63,804 bases of DNA, from the NCBI GenBank assembly GCA_034716155.1, contig JAYEFR010000095.1, forward strand, positions 1 through 63,804. Direction: 5' to 3'. Source of the stretch: Thermodesulfobacteriota bacterium (GTDB lineage Bacteria > Desulfobacterota > Desulfomonilia > UBA1062). This document shows positions 28,569 through 37,634 of the stretch, piece by piece. Under the pieces are notes generated by a model, which searched no databases, was not told where the DNA came from, and saw nothing but the letters and a program-made list of their open reading frames with translations. The stretch's first letter is position 1. Every line of letters starts with the position of its first letter. The position numbers and the translations under genes are program-made.

Positions 28569-28648
28569 AAATCTATAGCTTATCCTCAAAAAAGCTATAG
28601 ACCTCCTTTTTGGGCCCACTACCGCCTTATTGAGTGGGCCATTTTTTT
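28569..28648 (+). ncRNA. candidate small RNA (promoter-to-terminator unit, about 80 nt)
   Basis: Starting about 7 nt after the -10 there is a 9-bp hairpin (CTATAGCTT/AAGCTATAG, loop AUCCUCAAAA). A single-stranded ACCUCCUUUUU follows, then an 8-bp GC-rich hairpin (GGCCCACT/AGTGGGCC at 28613-28640) and T7. There is no ORF, and it lies about 200 nt upstream of the Smr gene. Confidence 0.4.
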
Positions 28649-28849
28649 ATGTTATACTCTAGTAACTGCTCAGGTTATTAGCCTGAAGGCCATTAGACTG
28701 AAGGATACTGATATCCCTTGGGAGGCAAAGGCCGTATTTGGAGAATATGATACTTGAATGGCTATGCTATTATTGGGGTTTGTAAATCTTTTCCTTAAAA
28801 ACCTTCAGCCTTTAGCCTATCCACCTGAGTATTTACATACTTTATATAA

Positions 28850-29551
28850 ATGGATAAAGTTATGAAGGAAAGTAATGGTTTTAACATGCCCTTTGTAGTC
28901 TTGAAGGGTGTTAAAATAAAATCAAAGGATAGAAAGACAAATAAAGCAGCTGCCACAGAAGATATTCCCCTCAGGCGTGCAGAGATAGGGGATAATGATA
29001 GCTTTATCTCTGCTATGAAGGGTGTAAAACCTATAAAGAATAACATGGTGATGCTTGATGGGAAAGGCCATCACCCCATTGGTTTGGATCCTAGGAGAAA
29101 AGAAGACCAGGAAGCGCTTGATGAATTAAAGGCATTGGTGAAGGGTAAAGTAAAGTTTGATATTACATCCACAGGTGAATATATGGAAGGGCATGTCTGG
29201 TCTATGGACCCCTCGATGCTTTCCAAGTTAAAAGCCGGAGAATTTGCAATTCAGGCTTATATAGATCTTCATGGTCTCATTAAGGGTGAAGCAGCGCTGG
29301 ATTTAGGAAACTTTATTAATAGTGCCTATTCTAAAGGGCACAGATCTCTTCTTGTTATACATGGTAGGGGGCTAAAATCCAAAGGAGAGCCAGTGCTTAA
29401 AAACAGTGTTGTAAGGTGGCTTACTACAGGTAGGCTATCTTCTAAAGTCCTTGCCTTTTGTTCTGCCAGGCCATGTGATGGCGGGACAGGAGCGCTTTAT
29501 GTCTTGCTTCGAAAGCGGGCTAAAAAGGGAAAATGGATAAGACCTCTGTGA
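28850..29551 (+). CDS. Smr (MutS2-related small endonuclease) domain protein
   Basis: 233 aa with a C-terminal Smr domain (IDLHGLIKGEAALDL...GHRSLLVIHGRGLKS...LKNSVVRWL). The start is uncertain, with ATGs at 28850, 28862 and 28886. Confidence 0.75.
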   Translation: MDKVMKESNGFNMPFVVLKGVKIKSKDRKTNKAAATEDIPLRRAEIGDNDSFISAMKGVKPIKNNMVMLDGKGHHPIGLDPRRKEDQEALDELKALVKGKVKFDITSTGEYMEGHVWSMDPSMLSKLKAGEFAIQAYIDLHGLIKGEAALDLGNFINSAYSKGHRSLLVIHGRGLKSKGEPVLKNSVVRWLTTGRLSSKVLAFCSARPCDGGTGALYVLLRKRAKKGKWIRPL

Positions 29552-29596
29552 TAAGTATTTGATGGAGGTCGGCTTAAAAAGTTGAATATTAATTAT

Positions 29597-29625
29597 TTGA
29601 CAAAGGCAATGGTATTGCCTTAATA
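29597..29625 (+). promoter_or_regulatory. candidate sigma-70 promoter of ilvE
   Basis: TTGACA, a 17-nt spacer, then TTAATA. The spacer holds the palindrome AAGGCAATggtATTGCCTT, a possible operator. Confidence 0.4.
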
Positions 29626-29663
29626 TTCCCAAAATTTATACAAGTTTTAAGGGGGCATATGTT

Positions 29664-30581
29664 ATGGTCGACAAGTTGAAGAAGATTTGGTTTGATGGAG
29701 AATTAATAGATTGGGATGATGCAAATGTCCATATTCTGACTCATAGTCTGCACTATGGTCTTGCCGCATTTGAGGGTATACGCTGTTACAGGTGTGAAGA
29801 TGGGAAATCTGCTATATTCAGACACAAGGAACATACCAAAAGACTTTTCAATTCAGCAAAGATTTACCTTATGGATATACCATATACCGAAGAGGAAATC
29901 ATGGATGCGACAAAGCAGACATTAAAGGCAAACAATCTTAAGGAAGCATATATCAGACCTATTGTATTTATAGGGGATGGGGTGATGGGCGTCCATCCAG
30001 GGGATAATCCTATAAGGGCTTCCATTATATGCTGGAAGTGGGGTGCATATCTGGGGGATGAGGCATTAAATAAAGGTATCAGGATAAAGACCTCGTCCTT
30101 TACCAGACATCATCCAAATATAATGATGACAAAGGCAAAGATCAGTGGCAACTATGTAAATTCTATTCTATCCAAAAGAGAGGCAACACTTGCCGGGTAT
30201 GATGAGGCACTGATGCTTGATGTGCAAGGTTATGTAGCAGAGGGCAGTGGTGAAAATATATTCTTTGTAAAAGATGGTGTTATTATCACGCCGCCCTTGA
30301 CATCTGTATTAGGCGGGATCACAAGAGACACTATAATGGTTCTTGCAAGAGAGATAGGGTATACCCTCAAAGAGGAGATTTTTACAAGGGATGAGTTATA
30401 CATAGCAGACGAAGTCTTTTTTAGTGGGACAGCAGCAGAAGTAACCCCTATAAGGGAGATAGATGACCGCATCATTGGAGAAGGCAGGCCAGGCCCTGTT
30501 ACAAAGGAACTTCAAAAGGCGTTTTTTGATGTGGTAAAAGGAAAGAATAAGGATCATTCCAAGTGGCTGGATTTTGTATGA
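29664..30581 (+). CDS. ilvE: branched-chain amino acid aminotransferase
   Basis: 305 aa with [46 protein letters not shown] and [13 protein letters not shown]. Confidence 0.92.
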   Translation: MVDKLKKIWFDGELIDWDDANVHILTHSLHYGLAAFEGIRCYRCEDGKSAIFRHKEHTKRLFNSAKIYLMDIPYTEEEIMDATKQTLKANNLKEAYIRPIVFIGDGVMGVHPGDNPIRASIICWKWGAYLGDEALNKGIRIKTSSFTRHHPNIMMTKAKISGNYVNSILSKREATLAGYDEALMLDVQGYVAEGSGENIFFVKDGVIITPPLTSVLGGITRDTIMVLAREIGYTLKEEIFTRDELYIADEVFFSGTAAEVTPIREIDDRIIGEGRPGPVTKELQKAFFDVVKGKNKDHSKWLDFV

Positions 30582-30680
30582 TTGATGATAATCAGGAATA
30601 ATTTTGAGGGAATCCTGAGGCTAATCCTTTTGCCTCTCGATTACTACAAGATTACTCAGGATTTATTTCTGGACCGACTA

Positions 30681-30747
30681 TTTTCATATAAACCAGCATG
30701 AGCGCCAGCGCTCACAACCAAGGATGAAAACTGGCCCCTGATCCCTG
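30681..30747 (-). repeat. mosaic repeat, hairpin module copy
   Basis: TTTTCATATAAACCAGCATGAGCGCCAGCGCTCACAACCAAGGATGAAAA contains the palindrome GAGCGCcaGCGCTC and is followed by CTGGCCCCTGATCCCTG. Confidence 0.75.
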
Positions 30748-30826
30748 TTTATGGGTGTCGATTTAAGAAAAGGTCTAAAGAGGGCGATATTAAGAGTACA
30801 TATTAATATATTTTAAGGAAATCACT

Positions 30827-31477
30827 ATGGAAAAAGATCGATATGTAATAGATTCTATAAATCCAAACGAGGCATGGAGAGTATTCAGGATTATGGCGGA
30901 GTTTGTGGACGGTGTCGAGACCCTATCAAAATTATCGCCTGCCGTTACAATATTCGGGTCTGCTAGGGCAAAACAAGGAGATAAATATTACAATCAAGCT
31001 CAAGAACTGGCCACTGAATTGGTAAAGGAGGGGTTTGCCCTGATTACAGGTGGTGGGCCCGGCATAATGGAGGCTGCAAACAGGGGAGCCATCGCTGCGG
31101 GTGGCAAATCCGTAGGGCTCAATATAGAGCTGCCATTAGAACAACAACCAAATCTTTATACAAACATTCACATCAACTTCCGCTATTTTTTTATTCGAAA
31201 GGTGATGTTTATCCGTTATGCAATTGGATATGTAATATTTCCAGGGGGATTTGGTACCTTGGATGAACTCTTTGAAGCCCTTACCTTGATCCAGACAGAC
31301 AAAATCAGACCATTTCCTGTAATTATGATAGGAAGGGACTATTGGGCCGGTCTGTTAGATTGGATTGATGGCTCCATGTTAAAAGAGGATAAAATCACAC
31401 AAGAAGACAGGTCTATCATAAAGACCGCAGACTCTATAGAAGAGGTAGTGGAGATCATAAAAAATTCCATTAAATGA
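30827..31477 (+). CDS. LOG family / TIGR00730 nucleotide 5'-monophosphate nucleosidase-like protein
   Basis: 216 aa with GGGPGIMEAANRGA and the PGGFGTLDELFE motif. Confidence 0.85.
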   Translation: MEKDRYVIDSINPNEAWRVFRIMAEFVDGVETLSKLSPAVTIFGSARAKQGDKYYNQAQELATELVKEGFALITGGGPGIMEAANRGAIAAGGKSVGLNIELPLEQQPNLYTNIHINFRYFFIRKVMFIRYAIGYVIFPGGFGTLDELFEALTLIQTDKIRPFPVIMIGRDYWAGLLDWIDGSMLKEDKITQEDRSIIKTADSIEEVVEIIKNSIK

Positions 31478-31635
31478 TGTGTTCATATCCGTTGATGGTC
31501 CATAAACAGTCGATAGTCAAGAGATCCGGCTTTCTGTTACACGTTAACAACCAACAACGGACCACGGGCAACTGACATCGTTTGATATAGAATAATCCTT
31601 CTTAATTTGCTTTGTGGGATTTGCCGGGACTCTTT

Positions 31636-32445
31636 TTAGTGTGTCTTCCACAGTTCTCTTGACCTCTTGTATGCAGCGAAGACTGCATCCATAACCGCAG
31701 ATCTAAACCCCCTTTTCTCTAAGACGGAGATACCTTCTATTGTAGTGCCTGAAGGTGATGTTACCATATCTTTCAGTACACCAGGATGGCTACCGGTCTC
31801 TAACACTAATTGGGCTGAGCCCTTGAGTGTAGCCGCTGCTATCTTTAATGCAATGTCTCTAGGTAGCCCTGCTTTTACTCCCCCATCTGCGAGGGCCTCA
31901 ATAAACATAAAGCAGAATGCAGGCCCTGAGCCGGAAAGACCGGTTATGGCGTCTAAAAGGTTCTCCTCCAGAATTACGCATATCCCGACTGCGGAAAATA
32001 TAGTTTTTGCCACTTGTATGTCTTTATCGGTGCAGGTCTCAGAGCATGCTATACCAGAGGCCCCCTCCAAGACCATGGCAGGGGTATTAGGCATTACTCT
32101 GACTACCCTGGCATCGTTACCTAATCTATCTAATAGAATACTTAGGGATATCCCTGCGGCGATTGATATTACGAGTTTATTTTTTAATAAATCCCTCAGT
32201 TCATCCACTACAGGTATTATCTTATCTGGTTTCACTGCAAGGATAACCACTTGAACACCTTCCACTAAATCTGTAGCCGAAGACGCAACCTTTACCCCTA
32301 CTTCTGATGAGAGCTTCTCGGTTTTATCTTTTGCTATATCGAATATAATTATATCCTTAGATGTATATACACCTTTTTTTATTATCCCTCTTATTAAGGC
32401 TTGGCCCATATTACCTGTGCCTATAAATCCAACAGGGACCATCAT
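31636..32445 (-). CDS. proC: pyrroline-5-carboxylate reductase
   Basis: I moved the start to ATG 32445 (MMVPVGFIGTGNMGQALIRG), which lies behind a GGGGGAG RBS; the track start is TTG. The C-terminal motif is VTSPSGTTIEG. Confidence 0.88.
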   Translation of the reverse strand: MMVPVGFIGTGNMGQALIRGIIKKGVYTSKDIIIFDIAKDKTEKLSSEVGVKVASSATDLVEGVQVVILAVKPDKIIPVVDELRDLLKNKLVISIAAGISLSILLDRLGNDARVVRVMPNTPAMVLEGASGIACSETCTDKDIQVAKTIFSAVGICVILEENLLDAITGLSGSGPAFCFMFIEALADGGVKAGLPRDIALKIAAATLKGSAQLVLETGSHPGVLKDMVTSPSGTTIEGISVLEKRGFRSAVMDAVFAAYKRSRELWKTH

Positions 32446-32574
32446 AGTTACTCCCCCTTTTTTTGGTATTGAGGAGAAGAACTTGCCATAGATGGTCTTA
32501 TTAGTCAATCATGCTTGGTGATTATTTATGATACAGCCTAAATTTTTATCCTATAAAGGCCGATATTGAGATAC

Positions 32575-33324
32575 ATGGACACAGCCACTAAGAAGATTAA
32601 CGGTATATTTTACGAAGAAACCACACTTACCCTTGGAACAGGAAGCACACAAAAAACTCAGATGGTGAAGAATTATTGCAAGGCCTTTCAGGAAGATGAG
32701 TACTCTGTGGAGGTAACATATCTTAATCAGGAAGGGAAACCTACGGGCATAAAGGTAGAGGTGCCCATAGGCGAATTTTTAAAAAAATTTGTGCTTGATC
32801 CGAATTACAGGGTGAAAACCAAAGAAGAACGCTTAGTAGATAAGCATGTTGCCCTGGCAGAAAAGCATAGGCAGCACGAGGAATTCTATTCTGCAGAGTG
32901 GGAATATACCTCAGCACTTAAACTTGATGAAGATGATGTCAGGGCAAACTTCGGGATAGGCACCCTTTATATGGAAATGGGGGAGGAAGGAAATGCGAAA
33001 AAGGTCTTCCAGAGGCTCGCTCAGGTAGATGCCATTTTTGATAAAGAAAATAAACATATATTCAACGAATTTGGTATGGCCTTAAGAAAGGTGGAAATGT
33101 TTGGTGAGGCCTTGAGCCATTATCTCAAGGCTGTTGAGATATCCCCTGATGATGAGCATCTATATTTCAATATAGCCAGGGTACATTATGAAAAGGGAGA
33201 AATAGATGAGGCCTGCAAATGGCTGGATAAGGCACTTGAGATAAATCCTGACTTTAGTGGAGCAAAGAAATTTGAAGAATTTTTGAAAATGGGCCAAAGA
33301 GGGAGAAGAACCAAAAAAACATAA
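32575..33324 (+). CDS. tetratricopeptide-repeat protein
   Basis: The C-terminal half shows 3-4 TPR units (ANFGIGTLYMEMGEEGNAKKVFQR..., FGEALSHYLKAVEISPDD, YFNIARVHYEKGEIDEACKWLDKALEINPD). ATG 32575 is preferred over TTG 32566. Confidence 0.7.
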   Translation: MDTATKKINGIFYEETTLTLGTGSTQKTQMVKNYCKAFQEDEYSVEVTYLNQEGKPTGIKVEVPIGEFLKKFVLDPNYRVKTKEERLVDKHVALAEKHRQHEEFYSAEWEYTSALKLDEDDVRANFGIGTLYMEMGEEGNAKKVFQRLAQVDAIFDKENKHIFNEFGMALRKVEMFGEALSHYLKAVEISPDDEHLYFNIARVHYEKGEIDEACKWLDKALEINPDFSGAKKFEEFLKMGQRGRRTKKT

Positions 33325-33354
33325 GTCTATTAAAAAATAGACATCGGTTCCTAA

Positions 33355-33630
33355 TTTCATATAAACCAGCATTGCCTTTGCGGACACAACGAAGGACGGA
33401 AAATATTCTCACGCAAAGAACGCCAAGTACGCAAAGATACTTTCTTTCCTTATCAGTTTTCCTTTGCGATCTTTGCGTCTTTGCGTGAGAGAAGATTCTT
33501 TGATCTTTTTTGCAGGACCTGTGATTTCTGCACCTCAACAGGGTCGATGAGGGCATCGGCCCCTACAAATCTCTGTGCCTATTTTCATATAAAGTGGGCA
33601 ACTGACCCCTGGTTCCCGACCCCTGACAGC
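33355..33630 (-). repeat. mosaic intergenic repeat, composite copy
   Basis: TTTCATATAAACCAGCATTGCC...ACAACGAAGGACGGAAAA is followed by CGCAAAG-rich low complexity (CACGCAAAGAACGCCAAGTACGCAAAG ... TTTGCGATCTTTGCGTCTTTGCGTGAG). It then carries GCCCCTACAAATCTCTGTGCC and ends in ATTTTCATATAAAG + CTGACCCCTGGTTCCCGACCCCTGAC. Confidence 0.7.
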
Positions 33631-33701
33631 TGCCTCTTCCATTACAGATCTAATGAATCCAAGTGCTTGCGTTTTCTCATCTTTTATTCTATTTGTAAAT
33701 T

Positions 33702-34283
33702 ATGACAAGAGAAGAATTTGAAAAGCAATTAGTAGAGTTTGAGACATTAGTAAGAAAGAGACTTACTGCTATAATCAATATTACTATTGCTAACAGGGGG
33801 AATCGAGATCAAGAGCTTGCATTTAGACAGTTTATTGATAAAATCCAACGACACAGAAAAGGGCTGCTTAGGGAACTTTCCCGGGTAGCTAGGCAAGGGC
33901 AGAAAGCGCGTTATTTCAATGCCACCTACAGTATGGATTCCCAGCTAAGAAGTATGAGTAAAAAAGAGGAGATCCAGACACGGGCCCGGCTTAGATATCA
34001 CAGGATTAAGGCACCTGTAGTCTATGATATTGGATCAGGTCCTGAAGAAGGCAAGGTGTTAAACATATCAGATGATGAGATTCTGCTTAAGACAGCAGAA
34101 GAGGTGCCTACGGATCAGGGAATAAAGATTTCAATTTCAGGCAAGGAGGCAAGGGGAAAGGCGCTTCGGTCTTCTCACACCACAGATGGAAACATTGAAA
34201 CAGAGGTGAAATTAGAGAGCCCCTCATCGGAATTACTAGAGAAACTAAAAAGACAGACTCTATCCACTGATAAAGATTCTTAA
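33702..34283 (+). CDS. hypothetical protein with PilZ-like C-terminal domain
   Basis: 193 aa. R.R..HR followed about 20 aa later by GKVLNISDDEILL resembles the RxxxR ... (D/N)xSxxG c-di-GMP motif of PilZ, but the Gly is missing. Confidence 0.4.
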   Translation: MTREEFEKQLVEFETLVRKRLTAIINITIANRGNRDQELAFRQFIDKIQRHRKGLLRELSRVARQGQKARYFNATYSMDSQLRSMSKKEEIQTRARLRYHRIKAPVVYDIGSGPEEGKVLNISDDEILLKTAEEVPTDQGIKISISGKEARGKALRSSHTTDGNIETEVKLESPSSELLEKLKRQTLSTDKDS

Positions 34284-34401
34284 CTCAGCGTTAGATGTAT
34301 TGACGAACAAGGCAGATTAAATTGTATCCAAGGTAAATCGGGTCGTATATCAATAAAGGATGATTGACACCCATACATGAGCATAGTATCTCTTTTCTAT
34401 C

Positions 34402-35613
34402 ATGAAGTTTGCTATAGAAACGCTTGGATGTAAGGTAAACCAGTATGATTCTGAACTTATAAGAGAGGGCCTTATTCGTTCAGGTCATACAGAACAGTCC
34501 TTTCACAAGTCTCTTGCCCATCTCTATATAATCAACACATGCACGGTAACTCACAGGGCGGATGCGGAAAGCAGAAAGCTCATAAGAAGGGCGCTAAGGC
34601 AATGCCCTGATGCAAGGATAGTTGCCACAGGGTGTCAGGCTGTAACAGATCCTTTTGCCTTGAAAGATATATCAGATAGGGTGGAGGTGGTAGCGTCCGC
34701 ACGGATAGGTGAAGTCCTGGATATAGGCATACAAACAAAGATTACAAGCTTTTATGGACATTCAAGGGCATTTGTAAAGGTACAGCAAGGGTGTAATATG
34801 TTCTGCACTTATTGTATAGTCCCTTATGCAAGAGGTAAACCCATTAGCAGGCCTCAAGAAGAAATTATTGAAGAGATAAAGGTACTCCATGACCATGGGT
34901 ATAATGAGGTAGTGCTCACAGGCATTAATATAGGACTTTATAGGGGAGGCATTGGAGATCTTGTAAAAAAAATCCTCATGTATACCCGCATACCCAGGAT
35001 CAGGATAAGTTCTGTTGAACCATGGACAGTGAATAGTACCCTTTTAGACATCATGGCTTATGAACCCCGTGTATGTAAGCATATACATCTCCCTCTGCAG
35101 AGCGGATGTGGTAGAATCCTAAGGGCTATGGGAAGACCTTACGATAAGGCATATTATAGTGATCTTATAAAATCCATACGATCGATGTCTAAAAATATTG
35201 CAATCGGTACAGATATCATGGTTGGGTTTCCTTCAGAAGACGAAGATGCCTTTGAAGAAACCTTTGAGTTTGTAAAGGATCTGGATATTACCTATATACA
35301 TACATTCCCTTATTCAAAAAGGCCCGGGACCAAAGCGGCCGGACTTAAGCCGCATATAGATACGGCCATAAAGAGAGAAAGGGTATCCAGACTAAGGGCT
35401 ATCTCGCGTGAAAAAAGGACGGAGTTTGCCCTATCCCAGATTGGCTGCAAAAGGGACATACTTGTCCTTAATACTGATGCCAAAGACTCGGTAGGCATGA
35501 CTTCCAATTATCTAAAGATGCGGTTACCAGGACACCAGAATATAGGCCATATTGTAGAAGCGAGTATAGAAGATATGACGGATGGGATACTTTCAGGACA
35601 TGTAAATGGATGA
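34402..35613 (+). CDS. mtaB: radical-SAM methylthiotransferase, MtaB/MiaB-like
   Basis: 403 aa with MKFAIETLGCKVNQYDSE (UPF0004 domain, three Cys) and the radical-SAM CNMFCTYC cluster. Confidence 0.78.
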   Translation: MKFAIETLGCKVNQYDSELIREGLIRSGHTEQSFHKSLAHLYIINTCTVTHRADAESRKLIRRALRQCPDARIVATGCQAVTDPFALKDISDRVEVVASARIGEVLDIGIQTKITSFYGHSRAFVKVQQGCNMFCTYCIVPYARGKPISRPQEEIIEEIKVLHDHGYNEVVLTGINIGLYRGGIGDLVKKILMYTRIPRIRISSVEPWTVNSTLLDIMAYEPRVCKHIHLPLQSGCGRILRAMGRPYDKAYYSDLIKSIRSMSKNIAIGTDIMVGFPSEDEDAFEETFEFVKDLDITYIHTFPYSKRPGTKAAGLKPHIDTAIKRERVSRLRAISREKRTEFALSQIGCKRDILVLNTDAKDSVGMTSNYLKMRLPGHQNIGHIVEASIEDMTDGILSGHVNG

Positions 35614-35711
35614 TTACCAGATTGCACAGCTACTATCTGAAGATGCAATAGGCCTGGGAGTTCTTGGCATTAGAAGAAGTCAGGGCAAAGGGAAGGCTTT
35701 AAAAAAGGCAG

Positions 35712-36587
35712 ATGAAAATAGAATTGATTGATGTCTGGTTCAGGTATGACACCCTGGCCAATGACTGGGCATTAAAAGACATAAGCTTAAAATTATCTGA
35801 AGGCGAAAAGGTTGTTATAGTAGGGCCTGCAGGCTCCGGTAAGACCACTTTGATCCAATTGCTTGATGCACTTATCCTGCCTACAAAAGGTGACATCTTA
35901 TTTGATGGCATAAGTGTGGGCTCCCTTTCCAAGAAGAAGAAGCTGTCCACTATAAGGAGACGCACAGGTCTATTGTTTCAGTTCCCTGAGCATCAATTTT
36001 TTCAAGAGAGTGCATATGAGGAGATCTGTTTTGGGGTAAAGAACTTTTTTGACTTAAATGATGACAAGATTGAATCTATGGTAAAAGACCTTCTTGCCAG
36101 CTTTGGTATGGATATAGATATGATAAAAAAGGTCTCCCCGTTTAATCTAAGTTCAGGAGAGAAGAGAAAGCTCGCTCTAGCATCAGTAATTATAATGTCT
36201 CCGGAATTTCTCATATTGGATGAACCTACAGCAGGGCTAGATGCCCCGGGGAGACATGAGTTGATAAATATTATGTCATCCCTTAAAGATACCTCCGTGA
36301 TAATAGTTACTCATAATCTTGATGATTTTCTTGGTATTGCAGACAGGGTCATTGGACTATCAAAAGGATGCAAGGTCTTGGATGTACAGAAAGAAGAGAC
36401 AATAAATTTTCTTCAAATCATGGAGGATAATGATATTATGCCTCCCCTTGTACTTCAGATCCAAAGATGGCTTTTGGATAAAGGCATCCATCCAGACCAG
36501 AGCTATTGGGAGATGGAAGATTTGATAACCCACCTGAAACAGGAGTTGGGGATTTATCCCAATTGGGATAGTGGAATAACAAAGTAG
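35712..36587 (+). CDS. ABC ATPase, energy-coupling-factor (EcfA/CbiO)-like
   Basis: 291 aa with Walker A GPAGSGKTT, signature LSSGEKRK, Walker B LILDEPT and the Q-helix region FQFPEHQFF typical of ECF ATPases. No EcfT or a second ATPase is adjacent. Confidence 0.78.
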   Translation: MKIELIDVWFRYDTLANDWALKDISLKLSEGEKVVIVGPAGSGKTTLIQLLDALILPTKGDILFDGISVGSLSKKKKLSTIRRRTGLLFQFPEHQFFQESAYEEICFGVKNFFDLNDDKIESMVKDLLASFGMDIDMIKKVSPFNLSSGEKRKLALASVIIMSPEFLILDEPTAGLDAPGRHELINIMSSLKDTSVIIVTHNLDDFLGIADRVIGLSKGCKVLDVQKEETINFLQIMEDNDIMPPLVLQIQRWLLDKGIHPDQSYWEMEDLITHLKQELGIYPNWDSGITK

Positions 36588-36657
36588 ATCTCTCTTAAGG
36601 ATAAAAATCATTGGAAATGATCCTGCTTTTCTTATACTGCCATCTCAACGTTCCATA

Positions 36658-36816
36658 TCTCATATAAACGCGTATGAGCGATCCACGCTCACAACCAAGG
36701 ATGAAAAAGTATCCAGAATCCAGGAGCCAGAATGAAGTCCCCCTTTGAAGGGGGTCAGGGGGTTGTTATTGGGGACCCTCCTGATCCCTGATCTCCGGCC
36801 CCTATTTTCATATAAC
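36658..36816 (-). repeat. mosaic intergenic repeat copy
   Basis: TCTCATATAAACGCGTATGAGCGATCCACGCTCACAACCAAGGATGAAAAAGTATCCAGAATCC carries the same junction as copy 59001. It is followed by GGGGGTCAGGGGG...CCTGATCCCTGATC and ends in ATTTTCATATAAC. Confidence 0.75.
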
Positions 36817-36848
36817 TTAAGCAAAATAGCCGGAGTCTATTTTGAGTG

Positions 36849-36877
36849 TTGACTTATGTGATTCTTATGCTTAATCT
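36849..36877 (+). promoter_or_regulatory. candidate sigma-70 promoter
   Basis: TTGACT, a 17-nt spacer, then TAATCT, about 25 nt upstream of the ATG at 36900. Confidence 0.4.
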
Positions 36878-36899
36878 GCGGATATAAACAGGAGGGTCT

Positions 36900-37427
36900 A
36901 TGAAGGATAAAACCTTTGAGGAAATGAAGGTAATTGGAATTGCCTTGGATCCTACGAATAATACACCCATTGTTGTATTGAGAGACCAGAATAATAAAAT
37001 AATATTGCCAATCTGGATAGGCATCATGGAGGCAAGTGCCATAGCAGCAGCCATGGAAGGGGTGACCTTTTCCAGGCCTATGACGCATGATCTTCTTAAG
37101 GTTGCTATAGAGAAACTAGGCGGCAAGGTTATAAAGATTGAGGTTGTAGATCTCAAGGATAATGTATTCTATGCAGTGGTAAGTATAGAGACTAATAAAC
37201 AAGATATCATTACTATAGATGCAAGACCCTCTGATGCCATTGCGCTGGCCTTGAGGACTGACGCTCAGATATTTGTCGCAACCCATGTCCTTGATGAGGC
37301 AAGCCATATTGAGTCTGCATCTGGCGTTGACAAAAAGGCCATCTTTGGTTTTGGAAAGGATAAGGACAAACTCAAGGAAATTCTGGAAAAGATGAAACCT
37401 GAAGATTTTGGTAAGTATAAGGCATAA
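36900..37427 (+). CDS. bifunctional nuclease (DUF151/BFN) family protein
   Basis: 175 aa with PIVVLRD......LPIWIG..EA.AI, RPMTHDL and DARPSDAIALALR motifs. Confidence 0.8.
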   Translation: MKDKTFEEMKVIGIALDPTNNTPIVVLRDQNNKIILPIWIGIMEASAIAAAMEGVTFSRPMTHDLLKVAIEKLGGKVIKIEVVDLKDNVFYAVVSIETNKQDIITIDARPSDAIALALRTDAQIFVATHVLDEASHIESASGVDKKAIFGFGKDKDKLKEILEKMKPEDFGKYKA

Positions 37428-37634
37428 TAGGGAAGATAATTTTGAGTTATGAATTCTGATTTTATCTTTGTCATTGCGATCTTTCTTAAGAATCCCTCAT
37501 AGCAGTTAGCCTTGATCATCTCCTTACAAGGAAATCATTTTTTAGTTCGTGATTCCAAAGTGGTTATTATAGTTGATAGCCCATGGTTTATAATGTATCC
37601 TTTATACTAAATAAATCGTGTATGGTGGCAGATA

